Shown here: positions 28,138-32,000 of the stretch, one piece after another
How the letters are laid out: each line of letters opens with the position of its first letter
Numbering within the stretch: position 1 is the stretch's first letter
Source of the DNA: Mucisphaera calidilacus
GTDB taxonomy: Bacteria > Planctomycetota > Phycisphaerae > Phycisphaerales > Phycisphaeraceae
DNA length: 32,000 bases
NCBI RefSeq assembly: GCF_007748075.1
Contig: NZ_CP036280.1
Span: 120,001-152,000 of the forward strand
Direction: 5' to 3'
Made by a program: the position numbers and the translations under genes
Notes under the pieces: generated by a model
What the model saw: the letters and a program-made list of their open reading frames with translations, nothing else
Told to the model about the DNA's origin: nothing
The model's database searches: none

Positions 28138-28754
28138 CGCTCAAGCCGGGCCTTCTCCTTGCGCGATCGCGTCCGGGCCTGCTTCTTAGGCGTCACATGG
28201 AACGTCGCCACGCTCTGGCCCACACGACGCTCCTTCTGCTCCTTCGCCGTCACCATCTGCAGGATCTGAAGATCCACCGTGATGTTGAACTCCTCGCCCG
28301 TCGCCACGTAAGCGTCAATATCCTCCCGAGGCGTGATCCGGTACACCGCAGGGCCGACACAAGGCCGACGGAACGTGTACTCCAGGTGCTTGCAGACCAC
28401 CGTGTAGTCCGCTCCGCACTTCTCAAACACGTACATCCCGCCCGCTACCTCGGCATTGCCCAGCAACGCACCGCCCGCCATCGCGTTGTACCAGTTCCGG
28501 TTGAACCGGCGGAACGGCAGAATGGCCGAGAAACTGTTCTCGTCACCCCGGATAAATCGAATCCCGCTCCGGTAGGCCAGAGGCAGAAAAAACTTCGATA
28601 AAAGCTTCTGCCAGAAACGGTTACGCGTCGACAGCCTCGACAGCCGCGCCTCCCAGCGCTCGTACAACCGGCTCCACCAGCCCGGCTCGTGCGACGCCTC
28701 AGCGTCACGCATCGCCGCCTGGGCCTGAACTTGATTCGCGGGGATCTCGGACAT
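28134..28754 (-). CDS. hotdog-fold thioesterase-like protein (DUF4442/PaaI-like)
   Basis: The central block NRNWYNAMAGGALLGNAEVAGGMYVF plus the following beta-rich segment resemble DUF4442 and PaaI-type hotdog proteins, from pattern memory. ATG at 28754, or TTG at 28772. Confidence 0.6.
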   Translation of the reverse strand: MSEIPANQVQAQAAMRDAEASHEPGWWSRLYERWEARLSRLSTRNRFWQKLLSKFFLPLAYRSGIRFIRGDENSFSAILPFRRFNRNWYNAMAGGALLGNAEVAGGMYVFEKCGADYTVVCKHLEYTFRRPCVGPAVYRITPREDIDAYVATGEEFNITVDLQILQMVTAKEQKERRVGQSVATFHVTPKKQARTRSRKEKARLER

Positions 28755-28798
28755 CGGACGCAGTGTACCCAATTTCAGACCATCTTCAGGTTCAACAC

Positions 28799-29059
28799 TC
28801 AGCGGAAAGGGTTGTTCGGGTGATAGCCCCGATCCTCATCACCGCCATCCGCCAGCTCCTCCAGCCACGCCGACTGAATCGCCTCGAGAATCTGCTCGTT
28901 CACGCGGTGATCCTCATCGGCCGAAAAACCGGGCAAACCCTCCACCAGCTCACGAAGCTCCGGAAAACTCACACCCGCCGGGTCACGGTCCGGGTGAGCC
29001 TCCACCAGCCCCAACGCGATCTCCTCGAATTCCGTCCAGCCGAAGGTCGGTTCGTCCAT
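28799..29059 (-). CDS. iscX: Fe-S cluster assembly protein IscX (YfhJ family)
   Basis: FGWTEFEEIALGLVEAHPDRDPAGVSFPELRELVEGLPGFSADEDHRVNEQILEAIQSAWLEE aligns along its full length with E. coli IscX ([62 protein letters not shown]). Confidence 0.8.
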   Translation of the reverse strand: MDEPTFGWTEFEEIALGLVEAHPDRDPAGVSFPELRELVEGLPGFSADEDHRVNEQILEAIQSAWLEELADGGDEDRGYHPNNPFR

Positions 29060-29069
29060 CGTCTCCGCC

Positions 29070-30176
29070 TCAGCTCAGACTCACAGGCATGACCACGTAC
29101 AAAAACTGGTTGTCCGTCTTCAACACGCCCGGCTTGTTGCCCGCCTTCAACTCAAGCGTCACTTCCTCGCTGTCCACCACCTTCAAGGCATCCAGCACGT
29201 ACGTCGGGTTGAAACCGATCTCGATCGCCTCGCCCGAGTAACCCGAAAGCTCCGTCTTGATCTCCGCCTCACCCATCTCCGGCGCTCGACTCGTCAGCGT
29301 CAGACCGCCCTCATCGAACGCCATCCGAACACCCTTCGACTCCTCGTTCGTCAGCAACGCAGCCCGACGAACCGCCGAAACCAGCATGTCCGTCGCGACC
29401 TGAGCCTTCTTGTCGCCATCCTTCGGGATCACGTCCTGATAAGGCGGGAAATTACCCTCCACCAGGTTCGACACCAGCGTCGCCTGATCCGTCGCGAAGA
29501 AAATCTGGTTGTCCGCAACACGGCAGCGAACCACCTGCTCCGGATCATCAAACAGCTTCAACAACAGATTCAACGCCTTCGTCGGCACAATCGCCGAACG
29601 GGGTTCATCGCCACCCGCCTTGCAACTGCCCTTCGCTAGCGCCAGCCGGTGACCGTCCGTCGCCACCACCGCCAGCTTGTTCCCGTCACGCTCCAGCAGA
29701 ACGCCATTGATCGCGTAACGGCTGTTTTCCCGCGCCGTCGCGAAAATCGTCATCGAGATCAGACGGTGCAGATCACCCGCCGCAATCTCAAACTCCGCAT
29801 CACCGTCAAACTCAGGCACCGAACCAAAATCGGCGACTGGATAACCAAAAACCTTGAAACGGCTGTCCTTGCCCGTGATTACCGCCGACTCGTCGTCCGT
29901 CGTGATCTCGATCGTCGGGTCCAGCGACTCACGCACAATCTGACCCAGCTTGTCCGCCGGAATCAACGCCTCACCCGCCTCCGCCACCTCAATACGCTCC
30001 GTCCGGAGCGTCACCGTCACCTCGGTGTCCGTGCCCACCAGCGTCAGCGTCGGCGGGCTGTCGTCCGCCGTCAGCTTGATGCAACGCAGCACCGGCTTGG
30101 GCGTACGCGCCAACACAACGCCCGATACCGTGTTCAGGGCCTCTACCAGTGCGGCACGATCGCAGATGACTTTCAT
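29070..30176 (-). CDS. dnaN: DNA polymerase III beta sliding clamp
   Basis: 368 aa from the ATG at 30176 (SD GAGGGA). Matching blocks: MKVICDRAALVEAL, ATDGHRLA, GNFPPYQDVIP, IGFNPTYVLDAL, and a C-terminal YVVMPVSL. The ORF-track extension up to 31220 is spurious. Confidence 0.95.
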   Translation of the reverse strand: MKVICDRAALVEALNTVSGVVLARTPKPVLRCIKLTADDSPPTLTLVGTDTEVTVTLRTERIEVAEAGEALIPADKLGQIVRESLDPTIEITTDDESAVITGKDSRFKVFGYPVADFGSVPEFDGDAEFEIAAGDLHRLISMTIFATARENSRYAINGVLLERDGNKLAVVATDGHRLALAKGSCKAGGDEPRSAIVPTKALNLLLKLFDDPEQVVRCRVADNQIFFATDQATLVSNLVEGNFPPYQDVIPKDGDKKAQVATDMLVSAVRRAALLTNEESKGVRMAFDEGGLTLTSRAPEMGEAEIKTELSGYSGEAIEIGFNPTYVLDALKVVDSEEVTLELKAGNKPGVLKTDNQFLYVVMPVSLS

Positions 30177-30356
30177 CGCCAGTCCCTCATAATCTCGTTG
30201 AATCAGGAAATTTAGCCGCAACAGCCCCAACCGGCAACAAGGTAAGTCACGCGGACCCAACGCTGATGACCTCCCCACGCCAACTCCGATGATAAATGCG
30301 GGATGCGCCATCACCCCGCGCCCGATCCAAGGCAGGCCAGCGAGGAACACCCCCGC

Positions 30357-31253
30357 ATGAACATGGCGATCGTCAACAACATCTACTACTGCGAGATCGC
30401 CAACGTCGGCGACCAGCTCAACCGATGGCTCTGGCACCGCGTCTACCCCTCCATGGACTGGCTGGGCGACCGGCTCTTCCTCGGCGTCGGAACCCTGCTC
30501 AACAACCGCGTCCCCCTTGGCATCGGCAAGGTCGTCCTCGGCGCAGGCTGCGGTTATCGGCCCAGCCCCGACATCCACCGCGACCACTGGACCATCGCCG
30601 CCGTCCGTGGACCCCTCACCGCTCAACAACTCGGCCTCGACCCCGACCACGCCGTCTCCGACGCCGCCATCCTCACCGCCGACCACTTCCCAACCCACAG
30701 CATCCCCAAACAACACAAACGCTCCGTCATCTTCCAGCACCACAGCTACACCTACTGGGACTGGACCGACTTCCTCGAATCCCAAGGCATCCACGTCATC
30801 GACCCCGCCTGGGACGTCGAACGCGTCCTCCACGACATCGCCGCCTCCGAGACCGTCGCCGCCGAGGCCATGCACGGCGCCATCCTCGCCGACACCCTCC
30901 GCGTCCCCTGGGTCCCCTTCAAAATGTACCCCCAGGTCTACGACTTCAAGTGGCACGACTGGGCCGCCTCCCTCAACCTCACCTACCGGCCCATCGAGTT
31001 CAACCCCCTCTTCCGCGACACCATCGGACACCCCTACCAGGCCCTCAACCGACTCCACCGCATCCCCGGCACCGGTTCCATCCGCAACCACTTCCGCCGA
31101 CGCGCCCAAAAACAACTCCAGAACGCCTTCCTCGAAGGCCTCCGCAACGCTCCGTCCGTTCTGAGCCAGGACGCCGTCTTCGTCGACCGCCTCGGTACCA
31201 TGCGGGACCGGGCCGACCAACTCTCACGACCCTCGTGCCGCGCTGCCGCGTAA
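30357..31253 (+). CDS. polysaccharide pyruvyl transferase family protein (ExoV-like)
   Basis: The N-terminus NVGDQLNRWLWHRV...LFLGVGTLLNNRVP...GAGCGY...WTIAAVRGPLTA resembles the ExoV/pyruvyl transferase (PF04230-type) pattern. ATG at 30357 or 30363. Confidence 0.7.
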   Translation: MNMAIVNNIYYCEIANVGDQLNRWLWHRVYPSMDWLGDRLFLGVGTLLNNRVPLGIGKVVLGAGCGYRPSPDIHRDHWTIAAVRGPLTAQQLGLDPDHAVSDAAILTADHFPTHSIPKQHKRSVIFQHHSYTYWDWTDFLESQGIHVIDPAWDVERVLHDIAASETVAAEAMHGAILADTLRVPWVPFKMYPQVYDFKWHDWAASLNLTYRPIEFNPLFRDTIGHPYQALNRLHRIPGTGSIRNHFRRRAQKQLQNAFLEGLRNAPSVLSQDAVFVDRLGTMRDRADQLSRPSCRAAA

Positions 31254-31266
31254 GACCCGGAGCAGG

Positions 31267-32000
31267 ATGACCGACCAGCCCGCACAACCCGGCCTCGACG
31301 CCGCCGACCCCTCGTGGTCGCGCCGCTTCAAGGACCGCGTCACCGCGCTCCCCGGCCTCGACCACTTCAAAGGCGGCGGGCTCAAGGCCATGGCCCTCAA
31401 GGGCTCGGTCTGGACCATGGCCGGATTCGGCGCCAGCCAGATCATCCGACTCGCCTCCAATCTCATCCTCACAAGACTCCTCTTCCCCGAGGCCTTCGGC
31501 CTCATGGCACTCGTCACCGTCTTCATGACCGGCCTCCAGATGTTCTCCGACGTCGGCATCGCGCCCGCCATCATCCAGAACCCCCGAGGCGACGACCCCA
31601 AATTCCTCAACACCGCATGGACCATCCAGGTCATCCGCGGCTTCATCCTCTGGGCCTTCGCCTTCGCCATCGCCTACCCCGTCGCCTCCTTCTACGAACA
31701 ACCCCTCCTCGCCCAGATGATCCCCGCCGTCGGCATCACCGCCGCCATCAACGGCTTCCAGTCCACCGCCATCCACACCGCCAGCCGGCACCTCATGCTC
31801 GCACGCGTCACCCTCGTCCAGCTCATCAGCCAGGTCCTTGGCATCACCGTCATGGTCGCATGGGCATGGACCTACCCCACCGTCTGGGCACTCGTCGCCG
31901 GCGGCATCACCACCGCCGTCGCCAACACCGCACTCAGCTTCGCACTCCTGCCCGCGCACCCCCACCGCTTCGCCATCGAACGCGAGTCCCTCAAAGCACT
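31267..32000 (+). CDS. polysaccharide biosynthesis/oligosaccharide flippase (Wzx/MOP family), 3'-truncated by window edge
   Basis: Not in the ORF track because it has no stop within the window. The ATG at 31267 is preceded by GGAGCAGG. My translation reads MTDQPAQPG...GSVWTMAGFGASQIIRLASNLILTRLLFPEAFGLMALVTVFMTGLQMFSDVGIAPAIIQ..., the typical N-terminal TM1-TM2 signature of Wzx-like flippases. It stays open to nt 32000. Confidence 0.75.
   Translation, partial: MTDQPAQPGLDAADPSWSRRFKDRVTALPGLDHFKGGGLKAMALKGSVWTMAGFGASQIIRLASNLILTRLLFPEAFGLMALVTVFMTGLQMFSDVGIAPAIIQNPRGDDPKFLNTAWTIQVIRGFILWAFAFAIAYPVASFYEQPLLAQMIPAVGITAAINGFQSTAIHTASRHLMLARVTLVQLISQVLGITVMVAWAWTYPTVWALVAGGITTAVANTALSFALLPAHPHRFAIERESLKA

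Noticed and set aside
30177-31220. N-terminal 348-aa extension of the dnaN ORF in the track (29070..31220), and the 31045-31965 minus ORF
   Set aside because: The beta-clamp homology starts at MKVICDRAAL (ATG 30176, with an SD). The extension is Gly/Val/Asp low complexity and is antisense to the ExoV-like and flippase genes.

Overview
High-GC bacterial chromosomal window (about two-thirds G+C by eye, strong GC3 bias). The high GC produces many long spurious antisense ORFs in the track. The gene content fits a Planctomycetota/PVC-type organism: PEP-CTERM plus dockerin-like glycosidase, a Ser/Thr kinase fused to an FGE-like domain, and many lipobox lipoproteins. That taxonomic call is inference only. 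I support about 36 protein-coding genes. Housekeeping genes: sucB (5' partial)-lpdA, an orphan MalK-like ABC ATPase, an M20 amidohydrolase, murB, rpsU, a K+-dependent-type membrane pyrophosphatase, rsfS, tilS, iscX, dnaN, and the start of an exopolysaccharide locus (ExoV-like pyruvyl transferase plus a Wzx-like flippase, 3' partial). No rRNA, tRNA, CRISPR array or recognisable transposase/integrase was found. The most unusual region is 13084-15879. It holds two diverged tandem copies of a two-gene module: a signal-peptide protein with a CCC/CxC cluster and a conserved extreme C-terminus LC(I/V)W(L/R)H, followed by a Cys/acidic-rich micro-lipoprotein. The second copy is translationally coupled to an exported HMA (CxxC) lipoprotein, and a predicted outer-membrane beta-barrel follows. 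I read this as a candidate undescribed envelope soft-metal (Cu/Hg/Cd/Zn-type) handling system, with no pump or regulator visible in the window. Two small low-GC islets look like acquired accessory cargo: 2842-3735, and about 9870-11741 carrying phd/vapC plus a 2TM-GAF protein. Each lies directly after the TAG stop of a core gene, and the two share a similar AT-rich leader. Other oddities: a 1387-aa kinase whose extracytoplasmic FGE-like domain lacks the catalytic cysteines, a roughly 108-aa insertion in the pyrophosphatase, a standalone LarC C-terminal domain, and an orphan IscX next to dnaN.
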